Shown: positions 1-9,114 of the stretch, piece after piece
Layout: each line of letters opens with the position of its first letter
How positions within the stretch are numbered: position 1 is the first letter of the stretch
Source of the DNA: a bacterium
Lineage (GTDB): Bacteria > Zhuqueibacterota > Zhuqueibacteria > Residuimicrobiales > Krinioviventaceae
NCBI GenBank assembly: GCA_963675755.2
Contig: CAXXMD010000003.1
Location: forward strand, 2,624,001 to 2,688,000
Reading direction: 5' to 3'
Length of the DNA: 64,000 nucleotides
Position numbers and translations under genes: made by a program
The notes under the pieces: model-generated
What the model was told of the DNA's origin: nothing
The model's database searches: none
Seen by the model: the letters and a program-made list of their open reading frames with translations, nothing else

Positions 1-1620
1 TTGGCGGGATGGAGTAGCCCGGATGCGTTGCAACCTCTTGATGAACTGGTCAAATCTACCCGGGATACAACCCATCAGGTACTGGCTATTCGAGGCGCTT
101 TGGCGTTACTGCGGGACAATTCGGTTGGCGATATTCGCAATGTGGAATATTGTGACGGATTGATCAAAAATGCCATTCGTCCTGCCGAGAAACGTATGAT
201 CTTGTCTCATTTGGGCAATGTACGCTCTGAATTTGCTTTGAAATATGTCTCTTCTTTTCTGAGCGATACTACCTTGGGTTACGATGCCGCGCAGGCCGTG
301 ATGAATATTGCATCTCCGGATAAGGATAGCAATACCAATCTGGAATCCAAAGCAGTTGCGCTTGCCATGATCAAAGGTACATCGGGAGAGGATTTAAAGG
401 CTAAATTGTATGCGAATCCTCTGATTGAGAAAACAGACAATGTACCGCCGGAAGGGTTTTACGCATTGTTTAATGGCGTGGATTTGAGCGGTTGGAAGGG
501 ACTGGTTGCTGATCCTCCCAAACGCGCGAAAATGAGTGCAGAGGAACTGGCAAAAGAGCAGGTACATGCAGACAGCCTGATGAACGCTCACTGGCGGGTA
601 GTTGGTGATGTACTCTATTTTGACGGCAAGGGACACAGCCTCTGTACGGTTAAAGATTACACCAATTTTGAAATGTATGTAGACTGGAAGATTGAAAAAC
701 ATGGCGACAGTGGTGTTTATCTGCGGGGCGCCCCACAAGTCCAGATCTGGGACACTGCCCAGTGGCCGGAAGGCTCGGGCGCATTGTACAATAACAAGAT
801 CAATGAAAGTCATCCGCTTGCGGTTGCCGATAATCCCATTGGAGAGTGGAATACTTTTCGTATTATCATGAAAGGTGAGCGGGTTACAGTTTGGTTGAAC
901 GGTGTACTGGTTGTAGACAATGTAATCATGGAGAATTATTGGGAGCGTGATATTCCCATATATCCCACAGGCCAGATAGAGCTGCAGGCACATACAACAC
1001 CGCTCTATTTTAAAAATGTGTATATCAAAGAACTGCCCGATGAAGAACCGTCATTTACCGGAGAACTTTTCAATGGTAAAGATCTGACTGGTTGGCAGGT
1101 CATGAGTGACAACAAGGACAGCTGGAAGGTAGAAAACGGTGTGCTTTATACCGAAGGTAAAGGCGGCGGCTGGATTGCTACAAATGATCAATTCGATAAT
1201 TTTAAACTGGAACTGGAATTCCGCGTGCCTGAGGGCGGCAACAGCGGCGTATTTGTCCGTACTCCTTTAGAGGGTGATGGCGCTTATCAAGGCATGGAGA
1301 TACAGGTGCTGGACGATTACGCGGATAAATATAAAGACCTTAAAAAGTGGCAATATACTGCAAGTATTTACGATGTGCAGGCACCATCCAAACGAATGAC
1401 CAAAAAAGCCGGGGAATGGCAAAAAATGGTAATTGTATGTGATGGACCGCATGTAACTGTTGAACTGAACGGAGAATTGATCAATGATGCGAATTTAATT
1501 GATCATATGCATCGCACAGCAAAACATCCGGGACTAACCCGTCGTAAAGGATATATTGGTCTGCAAAATCACAGTACGCGGGTAGAATATAAAAACATAC
1601 GATTAACAGAATTAGAATAG
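1..1620 (+). CDS. Protein with two DUF1080 (3-keto-disaccharide hydrolase-like) domains and a helical HEAT-like N-terminal region; 5' end probably outside the window
   Basis: Two copies of the LFNGxDLxGW...NSGV/DSGV...GEWN/GEWQ...G(Q/Y)I(E/G)LQxH pattern; ORF runs from base 1. Confidence 0.85.
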   Translation: MAGWSSPDALQPLDELVKSTRDTTHQVLAIRGALALLRDNSVGDIRNVEYCDGLIKNAIRPAEKRMILSHLGNVRSEFALKYVSSFLSDTTLGYDAAQAVMNIASPDKDSNTNLESKAVALAMIKGTSGEDLKAKLYANPLIEKTDNVPPEGFYALFNGVDLSGWKGLVADPPKRAKMSAEELAKEQVHADSLMNAHWRVVGDVLYFDGKGHSLCTVKDYTNFEMYVDWKIEKHGDSGVYLRGAPQVQIWDTAQWPEGSGALYNNKINESHPLAVADNPIGEWNTFRIIMKGERVTVWLNGVLVVDNVIMENYWERDIPIYPTGQIELQAHTTPLYFKNVYIKELPDEEPSFTGELFNGKDLTGWQVMSDNKDSWKVENGVLYTEGKGGGWIATNDQFDNFKLELEFRVPEGGNSGVFVRTPLEGDGAYQGMEIQVLDDYADKYKDLKKWQYTASIYDVQAPSKRMTKKAGEWQKMVIVCDGPHVTVELNGELINDANLIDHMHRTAKHPGLTRRKGYIGLQNHSTRVEYKNIRLTELE

Positions 1621-1643
1621 ATTAATTAGGGGGAATTGGGTTA

Positions 1644-1695
1644 ATAATCACCAAACTCCCTGCCGCAATGCATTTGTTTTGCGGTGGGGAAAATT
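1644..1695 (+). terminator. Imperfect hairpin after the DUF1080 gene
   Basis: ccctgccgcaa...ttgcggtgggg inverted repeat; no clear U-tract. Confidence 0.35.
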
Positions 1696-1700
1696 ATTGA

Positions 1701-2243
1701 ATGGGGAAAATCATGGTTCGCAAATATTCTGGACTGCAAGTTATTGTTATACTCTTTTTTTATTTTGCAGTACCTGTGAAATCGAGTTGGATGGCAATCG
1801 ATATTGTTGAATTTGCTCAAAGATCGCCCTTAATCATCACAGGTAAAATTGTTAAAGTTGATTATATTGAATCAGACAAGATGCGCGAATATGATTATGC
1901 TTATATCAAAATTGATAAAGTCTTGAAAAATGTTTTCAAAGATTTACCGTTAAAGTATGGCGATACGCTTAAAGTTCTCATGTCACCTGTCCGTGTTTCA
2001 GGATGGTGTACGACTGATATTCGTTATAAGGAAGGAAGAGGGGGACTTTGGATACTGAAAATGTACAATAACCTTGAATTCTCAATTTGCAGCCATCCGG
2101 ACCAGTTGCAACCCCGCTATAAGCAACGCGAACTTTGGCAAGCTGGCGCATTATTTGTGCCCAGGGTTACTGATGAAAATGGTAAACAGGTTCGCAGGTA
2201 TTTTACCCGTAAAGAATGGCTTTTTGAGAAATGGAAAAGATAA
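1701..2243 (+). CDS. Hypothetical exported protein
   Basis: 180 aa ORF with hydrophobic N-terminal signal-like segment. Confidence 0.6.
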   Translation: MGKIMVRKYSGLQVIVILFFYFAVPVKSSWMAIDIVEFAQRSPLIITGKIVKVDYIESDKMREYDYAYIKIDKVLKNVFKDLPLKYGDTLKVLMSPVRVSGWCTTDIRYKEGRGGLWILKMYNNLEFSICSHPDQLQPRYKQRELWQAGALFVPRVTDENGKQVRRYFTRKEWLFEKWKR

Positions 2244-2338
2244 TATTATTTTTTAAAAGATAGTGCTTGAAAATAATTGGATAAAATATACTAATTTATA
2301 GATAAACGCAGACATGCTGAAAAACAGGGGATGTTTGA

Positions 2339-3070
2339 ATGCCTTCGACACCGGATTTTACACATTACACCATTCAACAGCTTGTGGATGCCTACCACAA
2401 TATCAACCGGAATCTGTATCCGGAGAGCTTTGAGAAATTGCTCAAAGAAATTGAATTGCGGGGAATGACAGAAGTTGATGTGGTGAATTATACCCAGCCG
2501 CAAGATACACACCCCAAGCAAAAGTACATCCGGAATTACTGGATGGTATTGCTCTTTGGTGTGCTAACATTTGGGATTTACTGGTATTATTGGTACTATG
2601 CAAACCTGGAAGAAATTGGCAAAGCGTTTAAATTTGAAAAAAGTGAAAAAGAATTAACAATCGCCAAAGTTGCATGTGTTGTTATTATAATACTCCGGTT
2701 CAGTAATTTGGGTGCTTCCGGTGTGACAGGTAATGAAGAGACCCCGGAAGAATTGATCTCTGTATTTTCTGGTCTGCTCATTTACCTGATCATTATGTAT
2801 TTTCTTGAAAATTTTTTCATGTTTATTTATCTGCATGCAATTCAAGTGGGACAGGAAAAAGCAAACGTAAAACTTTTACCCAAATTTGCCATGTTTGCAG
2901 CTTATGTTATATCAACAGGATTGCCATTTTTGTCTATTTTTACAATGAATTCATCGATAATTATTATTAGTGTGCTTGTTTGTATGCTTGTTTTAGTGGG
3001 GTTTTATTATACCCTGCAGGAGCAGATCAACACAATTTGGGAAGCGGTAATTGATAAAGAAATCATATAG
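2339..3070 (+). CDS. DUF4234-like membrane protein (paralog 1)
   Basis: LLFGVLTFGIYWYYWYY and LQEQINTIW motifs; several TM segments. Confidence 0.7.
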   Translation: MPSTPDFTHYTIQQLVDAYHNINRNLYPESFEKLLKEIELRGMTEVDVVNYTQPQDTHPKQKYIRNYWMVLLFGVLTFGIYWYYWYYANLEEIGKAFKFEKSEKELTIAKVACVVIIILRFSNLGASGVTGNEETPEELISVFSGLLIYLIIMYFLENFFMFIYLHAIQVGQEKANVKLLPKFAMFAAYVISTGLPFLSIFTMNSSIIIISVLVCMLVLVGFYYTLQEQINTIWEAVIDKEII

Positions 3071-3113
3071 ATTAATAACAGCGAGTTTAACCGACTAAGG
3101 AAGGGGAAGTATT

Positions 3114-3860
3114 ATGACAGCACCGGAATTTTCAAAATATTCATTAGAGCAGTTAAAAGATGCTCACGCAAACATTAACCGTAATCTTTATCCCGAAAAT
3201 TACAATCTGCTGGTTGAAGAATTGAAAAAACGGGGGATCTCTGAAGAAGATATGAATAATCCCAGGGTTATGGAACCGGAGGGCCTTTTGCAAGAAAATA
3301 TTCGCAGTTACGGAAAGGTGTTGCTCTTTGGTATAATAACCTTGGGTATTTACTGGCTTTACTGGTATTATGCCAACCTGAAAGAGCTGGATAGACATTT
3401 TGTGTGTGAAAAAGATGAAAAAGATATTAAACTGGCTTTGAATGCATTTGTGATATATATTATTTTACATATTGTAGCAATGTTTGTTGCAATAGCTGTT
3501 GTGATTGCCAGGATTGAAACCATAGCTGATGCTCCGGCGTACCCCACACCCGGATTAGAATCCATGCTGGTTAGCTTTTTCTCTTTGTTGGTAGAGTCTG
3601 TCTTTATTTTTATGTTTTTGAATGCAGTTAAACTGGGCCAGGAAAAAGCAAAGATTGAAGGTTTTACACTTTTTCCCATGTTTGCTTTATATCTGGGTGG
3701 AGTAATATGTCAGTTTATCTATTCTGCGTTTATGCTGCCATTGATCTCGATTCTAAGCGCCGTTTTGCTTATTTTGTTTTATTACAAGCTGCAGGATGGA
3801 ATCAATTCGATTTGGAAGGCTGAGATTGAAGGTGAGGCGGAACATTATATCGTTTCTTGA
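3114..3860 (+). CDS. DUF4234-like membrane protein (paralog 2)
   Basis: LLFGIITLGIYWLYWYY and LQDGINSIW; shares NINRNLYPE N-domain with upstream ORF; purine-rich RBS. Confidence 0.7.
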   Translation: MTAPEFSKYSLEQLKDAHANINRNLYPENYNLLVEELKKRGISEEDMNNPRVMEPEGLLQENIRSYGKVLLFGIITLGIYWLYWYYANLKELDRHFVCEKDEKDIKLALNAFVIYIILHIVAMFVAIAVVIARIETIADAPAYPTPGLESMLVSFFSLLVESVFIFMFLNAVKLGQEKAKIEGFTLFPMFALYLGGVICQFIYSAFMLPLISILSAVLLILFYYKLQDGINSIWKAEIEGEAEHYIVS

Positions 3861-3948
3861 TATGCGCTATTTACAAAGATAGAATTTGAATCGGTTTGCA
3901 CGAATAGTGATGTTTTACAGGTTTTTTTAGGTTTTGAGAATCTAGATA

Positions 3949-4027
3949 AAACGCAGAGTCGCAGAGTTCGCAGAGGTAGTGGATGTGTTTTATAATGGGG
4001 GTGATTTATGATGCATGAGAATGAAAT
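3949..4027 (+). repeat. Left end L1 of CGCAGAG repeat element (3 x cgcagag, TATAAT box, RBS, start of GxxExxY)
   Basis: aacgcagagtcgcagagttcgcagagg...tataatggggg; aligns with 5198-5275 and is inverted relative to 4388-4427. Confidence 0.85.
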
Positions 4028-4381
4028 ATCAGGTAAAATTATTGGAGTGAAGTACATCGGGTTTTAGGTCCTGGTTTGATAGAATCGGTATATGAAAATG
4101 CGCTTTGTCATGAATTGCATTTGTTGGATATTGATTTTAAACGGCAGCAAAATATCCCAATCCCTTACAAAGGAGTAAATTGGGGCTCTGATTTAAGATT
4201 AGACCTGTTGGTTGCTGATAAGGTAATTGTTGAATTAAAGGCAAAGGAAAAATTATCCCCTATTGACAAACCCAAGCTTTTGACATATCTGAGATTATGT
4301 GACAAAAAGCTTGGCCTTTTGATTAATTTTCATGTAAATAGGTTAAGTGATGGTGTGTCACGGGTTGTAAATGGTTTATAA
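4011..4381 (+). pseudogene. GxxExxY protein (PD-(D/E)XK-like nuclease fold), frameshifted near 4047
   Basis: MHENEISGKIIG from 4011, then a frame change to EVHRVLGPGLIESVYE...RLDLLVADKVIVELKA...GLLINF; only 2 nt lie between IIG and EVH where about 3 codons are expected. Confidence 0.85.
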
Positions 4382-4387
4382 GAATTT

Positions 4388-4427
4388 TTAAAATTTCTCT
4401 GCGTTCACTGCGCCTCTGCGTTTATTG
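4388..4427 (-). repeat. Right end R1 of CGCAGAG repeat element
   Basis: ttaaaatttctctgcgttcactgcgcctctgcgtttattg; inverted relative to L1; differs from 6566-6605 at one position. Confidence 0.9.
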
Positions 4428-4513
4428 GTTTATTGTTTTGATAATCAATTGTAACTATTTTTACCACCAGCGAACTCGTACTCGAACCGGTTTGATATTT
4501 TTAAGGAGTTTTT

Positions 4514-5182
4514 ATGAATATCAGAATTTTTATGTTTTTAATTGCAATGGTCATGTTTTCCTGTCAGGAGGCCCCATCTATGAAAGAATCCATTCACTGG
4601 AAACTGGATAATCTGCAAAACATAAACGGACATGCGGTCACTGTATTGGGCAATCCCGAGGTTGTCGACATCAATGGAGGGGCGGCTATACAGTTTAACG
4701 GACAAACCGATGCCATTGTTTTGGATAACATCCCGGTCCCGGATTTTGCCGAGTTTACCATAGAGGTGGTTTTTCGGCCCGATTCCAATGGTAACGAGGC
4801 ACAGCGATTTTTCCATATTCAGGAGTCCAATGATCACCGGATTTTGATGGAAACCCGGTTGGTTGAGGGCAATCAATGGTTTCTTGATACATTTATCAAG
4901 TCGGGTGAAAACGAGCATGCTTTATTTGCCAAAGAATTTTTACATCCCACCGATCTATGGTATCATCTGGCCCTGGTTTATGATGGCGAAATGATGAGAC
5001 ATTATGTAAATGGCAGCAAGGAAATGGAAAGCGAGCTAAAGTATGAACCGATTCAACATGGAGAAACGTCCATTGGCTGCCGTTTGAATCGGGTATATTG
5101 GTTCAAGGGAGCGATTCGGGAAATCCATGTGACTCCGTCTGCATTGTCTCCGGATGGTTTTGAATTGCGTGAACTGTTGTAA
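4514..5182 (+). CDS. LamG/concanavalin A-like domain lipoprotein
   Basis: Lipobox-like MFSC; WYHLALVYDG...YVNG and FKGAIREI motifs; aaggag RBS. Confidence 0.8.
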   Translation: MNIRIFMFLIAMVMFSCQEAPSMKESIHWKLDNLQNINGHAVTVLGNPEVVDINGGAAIQFNGQTDAIVLDNIPVPDFAEFTIEVVFRPDSNGNEAQRFFHIQESNDHRILMETRLVEGNQWFLDTFIKSGENEHALFAKEFLHPTDLWYHLALVYDGEMMRHYVNGSKEMESELKYEPIQHGETSIGCRLNRVYWFKGAIREIHVTPSALSPDGFELRELL

Positions 5183-5197
5183 ATTGTCTTTTAGTTT

Positions 5198-5275
5198 AAC
5201 GCAGAGTCGCCGGGTTCGCAGAGGATATGAAAGTGTTTTATAGTGGGGATGATTAATGATGTATGGGAATAAAAT
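5198..5275 (+). repeat. Left end L2, a copy of L1 with decayed GxxExxY start codons
   Basis: aacgcagagtcgccgggttcgcagagg...gtgttttatagtggggatgattaatgatgtatgggaataaaat aligns with 3950-4027. Confidence 0.85.
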
Positions 5276-5300
5276 GTAACTGACCTTATTAAGGAAAATA

Positions 5301-6350
5301 ATGAAACAAAAATTGATCATAATTTTTTTCTTTTTCAAGATTGCAATATCTGCTGAAACACCGTGGATGGTTTATATGGAACCCGCGGCAAATGACCAGA
5401 AAAGATTAGTCGTATATGATATTGGTAGCGACTCGTTGATTACAGATTTTTTTGTAAATATACAAGGAACTTTTCTAGGAATGAAGTTTTTTTCAAACAC
5501 CGGAATCATTGGTTACACGTCTGAAGATCATTTATATAAGATTGATATTAAAAACAAAAAAATTGAGGACCTTCCCGAGTTAAATGGGGCGGCATTCAAT
5601 TATAATCAAGATATATGGATTATCTTGTATGGTGATACTTGCAACGTGAATGTGCCTGGAAAATCGTTTTCAATAGATGTGAAAAATGTCATAACCCCAA
5701 AATACCGAGAAATTGTTCGTTTTGAATGGGTATTGAAAAAAGAGGAAGCAATTTATATTGGTGTGTTGACGATTGATGATAAAAATAAGTACCACCGTGT
5801 ATTGATCAAGCAAAACCGTGATGGAATAACATGTCGTAATATTGTAAACAAAACCGGATTATTATTTAAGGTGCAAAACTGTATTGAAGAAAAGAGTAAT
5901 CCTTATAATGATAATATTGGATTAATTTATACGAATTCGAGAATATCAGAACATGAATTGGTCTTTTTTGATTTGCAGAAAAACGAACTTGTCCATGTAG
6001 CCTCTGATGTAGATGATTTTATATGGTTGAATAATGATTCATTGGCATTATTTTCATATAATCACAATACTGATAAATATCAGATTGATCTGTATAATTC
6101 AGTGACAAAAGACAGGGACGAGTTGTTTCAATATGATCATATTGGTTTTAATCAAAATTTGTGTTACTTTAATAAGTCTTTGTATTTCAAACATTTTTCT
6201 AGATTTATTGAGATCTTTACAAAAATTAAATTCAGAAAATATAATTTGTTGACAAAAAAAGTTATAGATGTTCTTGAATTTAATAAAAGTCGAGATTCCT
6301 ATTACGAATATTTTGATTGGGATATTCGAATTGTAAATCTTGAAGATTAG
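5301..6350 (+). CDS. Hypothetical exported protein, very AT-rich, possibly beta-propeller-like
   Basis: 349 aa ORF, signal-like N-terminus, aagga RBS; fold is a guess from short beta-strand periodicity. Confidence 0.6.
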   Translation: MKQKLIIIFFFFKIAISAETPWMVYMEPAANDQKRLVVYDIGSDSLITDFFVNIQGTFLGMKFFSNTGIIGYTSEDHLYKIDIKNKKIEDLPELNGAAFNYNQDIWIILYGDTCNVNVPGKSFSIDVKNVITPKYREIVRFEWVLKKEEAIYIGVLTIDDKNKYHRVLIKQNRDGITCRNIVNKTGLLFKVQNCIEEKSNPYNDNIGLIYTNSRISEHELVFFDLQKNELVHVASDVDDFIWLNNDSLALFSYNHNTDKYQIDLYNSVTKDRDELFQYDHIGFNQNLCYFNKSLYFKHFSRFIEIFTKIKFRKYNLLTKKVIDVLEFNKSRDSYYEYFDWDIRIVNLED

Positions 6351-6463
6351 TTTTAATCAACTGGCTTGTTTTCCAAAAGTTGAATAATTGTAATGATACT
6401 AGAATAATGAGTTTGAAGTATTTCTATAATATTTGTCAAATTGTTTAGATTGATATCGGACCT

Positions 6464-6487
6464 CCGGCTCGACGCTGCGTCAGCCGG
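6464..6487. repeat. GC-rich REP-like palindrome
   Basis: ccggct-c-gacgc-t-gcgtc-agccgg within AT-rich DNA. Confidence 0.55.
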
Positions 6488-6565
6488 TTGGTGAACACGC
6501 TATAAAGGGGCTGCACTTTAACGACAAAACAATATTTTCACACTCTGACATTTGGGGAACAAGGC

Positions 6566-6605
6566 TTAAAATTTCTCTGCGTTCACTGCGTCTCTGCGTT
6601 TATTG
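6566..6605 (-). repeat. Right end R2 of CGCAGAG repeat element
   Basis: ttaaaatttctctgcgttcactgcgtctctgcgtttattg; 39/40 identical to R1. Confidence 0.9.
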
Positions 6606-6631
6606 TGTTGAAGAGTACTCGGAGTGGTATA

Positions 6632-8041
6632 TTAGCTATTTTTTAATGCGAGTTGTTTTAACAGTCCTCGATTGATTTTGAGGCCATTGCCGGTCTGTTC
6701 AGGCCAGGGGTAAAATCGTACCGGGTGTTTGAATTTTTCCAGGTCCTGCTCCAGGTGTAGACGAATGATTGTCTCTTTAACCGGATTATCGCTGTATTGC
6801 AGAAACGCAACCGGGCGTTCTCCGAATTCATCATCCGGGATGGGCACAACAATGCACTGCGTTATCCCCTTGATCTGCTCGATGCATCTTTCAATCTCTT
6901 CCGGTTGGATGTTTTCTCCGCCGGAAATAAACATATTGTCCAACCGTCCCGTTACATTCAGGCAGCCCTTTTCATCCAGATACCCACGGTCCCCGGTGTG
7001 AAACCAGCCATCCTGATCTACTGCGCCGAGTATTCCGTGTTGATCAAAATATCCCTTGAACAGCGTTTTTCCTTTAACGCGTATTTCTCCCTGATCTGAA
7101 AATGACAGTCCCCGGTGGGGCAGCAGTCTGCCGCTGGTGGACAATTCTTTTGCGTCAGCACAGGATTGGGTTGTGGTGATTTGAGACGCCATTTCTGTTG
7201 ATCCGTAACTGGTGTGGATTGGAAGGTTGTATGCTATTGCCTGATCAATCAGCGATGCGGGAATTGCGCTTCCGCCTAACAGGATCGCTTTTAAAGATTG
7301 CAAGGCCGAGACAGCATCGGGATTGGTCAACATGCGCGCCAACTGGGTGCTGACCAGTGAAATGTGTGTAATGCTTTTGTTTTTGATCAGGGATTCCAAA
7401 GGCTCATCACTGTTTGGTAATACTACAGCCGCTCCGGCAAGAAAGCACCGGAAAAGAGGCGCGATTCCACCCACATGATACATGGGCAGGGAGAGCAGCC
7501 AGCGGTCTCCCTGCTGGACCGGGATGTTTGCATTGGAGCCTAATGCGTTATACAAATGGTTCGACAGTGTGTGCATTACCGCTTTGGGATTACCCGTACT
7601 GCCGGATGTAAATATCAATGTGGCGGGGAAATCTGTTTGCAATTTTATGGGATTAGTTGGATCTGCCGCGTTATTCAATGATGTGATGTTGAATGTATGG
7701 ATGCCTGGAAAATGTGCATCATTATTATCGGTAATCAGGGATTTGCATCCAACCTGCTGCATGCGTTGTTGTACTGTAGGCAATGGCAGCCGGGTGCTGA
7801 GGGGCATCATGATTATGCCGGCCATCCATCCACCCAGAAGCGTGGTGATGTATTGAACAGAGGGTTCCGCAAGAATGGCTGCAATAGCGCCTCGATTCAT
7901 GCTTTTTTTGAACATGAATGCCGTGTTGGTGCTTTGTGCAAACAATTGTGTATAGGTCAAAGCATCTTTATTGAAAATGACCGCAAGGCGTTCTGCATGC
8001 CTGGTGGTTTCCGGAAAGGCTATATAGTCCGGGATGTTCAC
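6632..8041 (-). CDS. menE: o-succinylbenzoate-CoA ligase
   Basis: FTSGSTGNPKAV, HVGG, YGSTEMASQ and GRLDNMFISGGENIQPEEIE motifs; adjacent to menC. Confidence 0.9.
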   Translation of the reverse strand: MNIPDYIAFPETTRHAERLAVIFNKDALTYTQLFAQSTNTAFMFKKSMNRGAIAAILAEPSVQYITTLLGGWMAGIIMMPLSTRLPLPTVQQRMQQVGCKSLITDNNDAHFPGIHTFNITSLNNAADPTNPIKLQTDFPATLIFTSGSTGNPKAVMHTLSNHLYNALGSNANIPVQQGDRWLLSLPMYHVGGIAPLFRCFLAGAAVVLPNSDEPLESLIKNKSITHISLVSTQLARMLTNPDAVSALQSLKAILLGGSAIPASLIDQAIAYNLPIHTSYGSTEMASQITTTQSCADAKELSTSGRLLPHRGLSFSDQGEIRVKGKTLFKGYFDQHGILGAVDQDGWFHTGDRGYLDEKGCLNVTGRLDNMFISGGENIQPEEIERCIEQIKGITQCIVVPIPDDEFGERPVAFLQYSDNPVKETIIRLHLEQDLEKFKHPVRFYPWPEQTGNGLKINRGLLKQLALKNS

Positions 8042-9114
8042 AGGGTGATCCTTTGCAGGATGCTGTTATTCAATTCAGGCGCCTTACCGGATAAACTGTA
8101 TTGACCATTCTCCGTTTTAAATGGAGGGGTGATAACATCGTCGTCCAGCCAGCGCCAGGTATCCAGGCCTGCCGCGGTATCGGGTTCCGATAGCGCCGCT
8201 GAAAGTCTGGCATAAAATTGCAATGCCAATCCGTTGTCAAACACGCTGGTGATGACGGTTTTGATCTTTTGTTGTTTTGCTTTGTCAGCCAGTAAGAGTG
8301 TGTTGGAAAGCGGACCCAAAACAGCCGGTTTTAAAATAATGGCACCCACCCAATCCGGTAGAGGGATTTGTGGCTGATTGAACAGAGTTAAGGATTCATC
8401 CAGAGCAATAGGGACAGTTACCTGATCTGCAAATTCATGAAGTTGAAGGGGGTTAGTTAGCGGTTCTTCAATGTATTCAATGTTTTCCGGGTTTATGTTC
8501 TGTATAAAAGTATTCGCATCATTAAATGACCATGCACGGTTTGCATCCAGCCGCAGGACAATATCATTTTTAAATGCTTGCTGGATTTTATGAATCCGAT
8601 CAATCTCCATGTCTACCGGATTTCCACCCACTTTGATCTTGATGGTAGTATAACCCTGTTGTAACCAGGATTTGATCTGTTCTGCATCATTATCCATGTT
8701 GCGGGTGAGCAGCGCATTTATTTTTATTGAATCCGGAGCGCTGTCATTGATTATGTACTGTATGGGTTTACCCTTCACTGCGGATACTAATCCGAGTTTT
8801 GCCATATCCAGGCCAAAAGCGACAGATGGAGGCAGGGAAAGAGGATTCTGATAGTTTGATATGTTTTTCGGGATGGGTGTGTTTTTAATTATAGAGATAT
8901 TATCTTTCAGTATAGCCAGACAGTCGTTAAGGCTTTCTGTATGCAATCCCGGCAGCGGGGAACAGTCTCCATAGCCGGCATTTCCATGCTCATCAGACAA
9001 TTCAATAATGAATCCCGAGCGGTTGAGGATTTTTTGATCGGCTACGACCAGCGGATTTGTTAAAGGCAGGTCGTACCGGTACAGATTGATATTTTTTATG
9101 TTTACAGGTTCCAT
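8038..9114 (-). CDS. menC: o-succinylbenzoate synthase
   Basis: Enolase superfamily: KIKVG, LRLDANRAW, YIEEP, IALDES, ILKP; SPLPGLH N-domain. Confidence 0.88.
   Translation of the reverse strand: MEPVNIKNINLYRYDLPLTNPLVVADQKILNRSGFIIELSDEHGNAGYGDCSPLPGLHTESLNDCLAILKDNISIIKNTPIPKNISNYQNPLSLPPSVAFGLDMAKLGLVSAVKGKPIQYIINDSAPDSIKINALLTRNMDNDAEQIKSWLQQGYTTIKIKVGGNPVDMEIDRIHKIQQAFKNDIVLRLDANRAWSFNDANTFIQNINPENIEYIEEPLTNPLQLHEFADQVTVPIALDESLTLFNQPQIPLPDWVGAIILKPAVLGPLSNTLLLADKAKQQKIKTVITSVFDNGLALQFYARLSAALSEPDTAAGLDTWRWLDDDVITPPFKTENGQYSLSGKAPELNNSILQRITL

Noticed and set aside
4470-4495. actcgtactcg short repeat after R1, with gagtactcg after R2
   Set aside because: Too short to distinguish from chance without a genome-wide count.
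3949-6605. CGCAGAG repeats as a CRISPR array or classical IS ends
   Set aside because: Copies alternate in orientation, spacing is hundreds of bp, there are no cas genes or DDE/HUH transposase, and I saw no target-site duplication.
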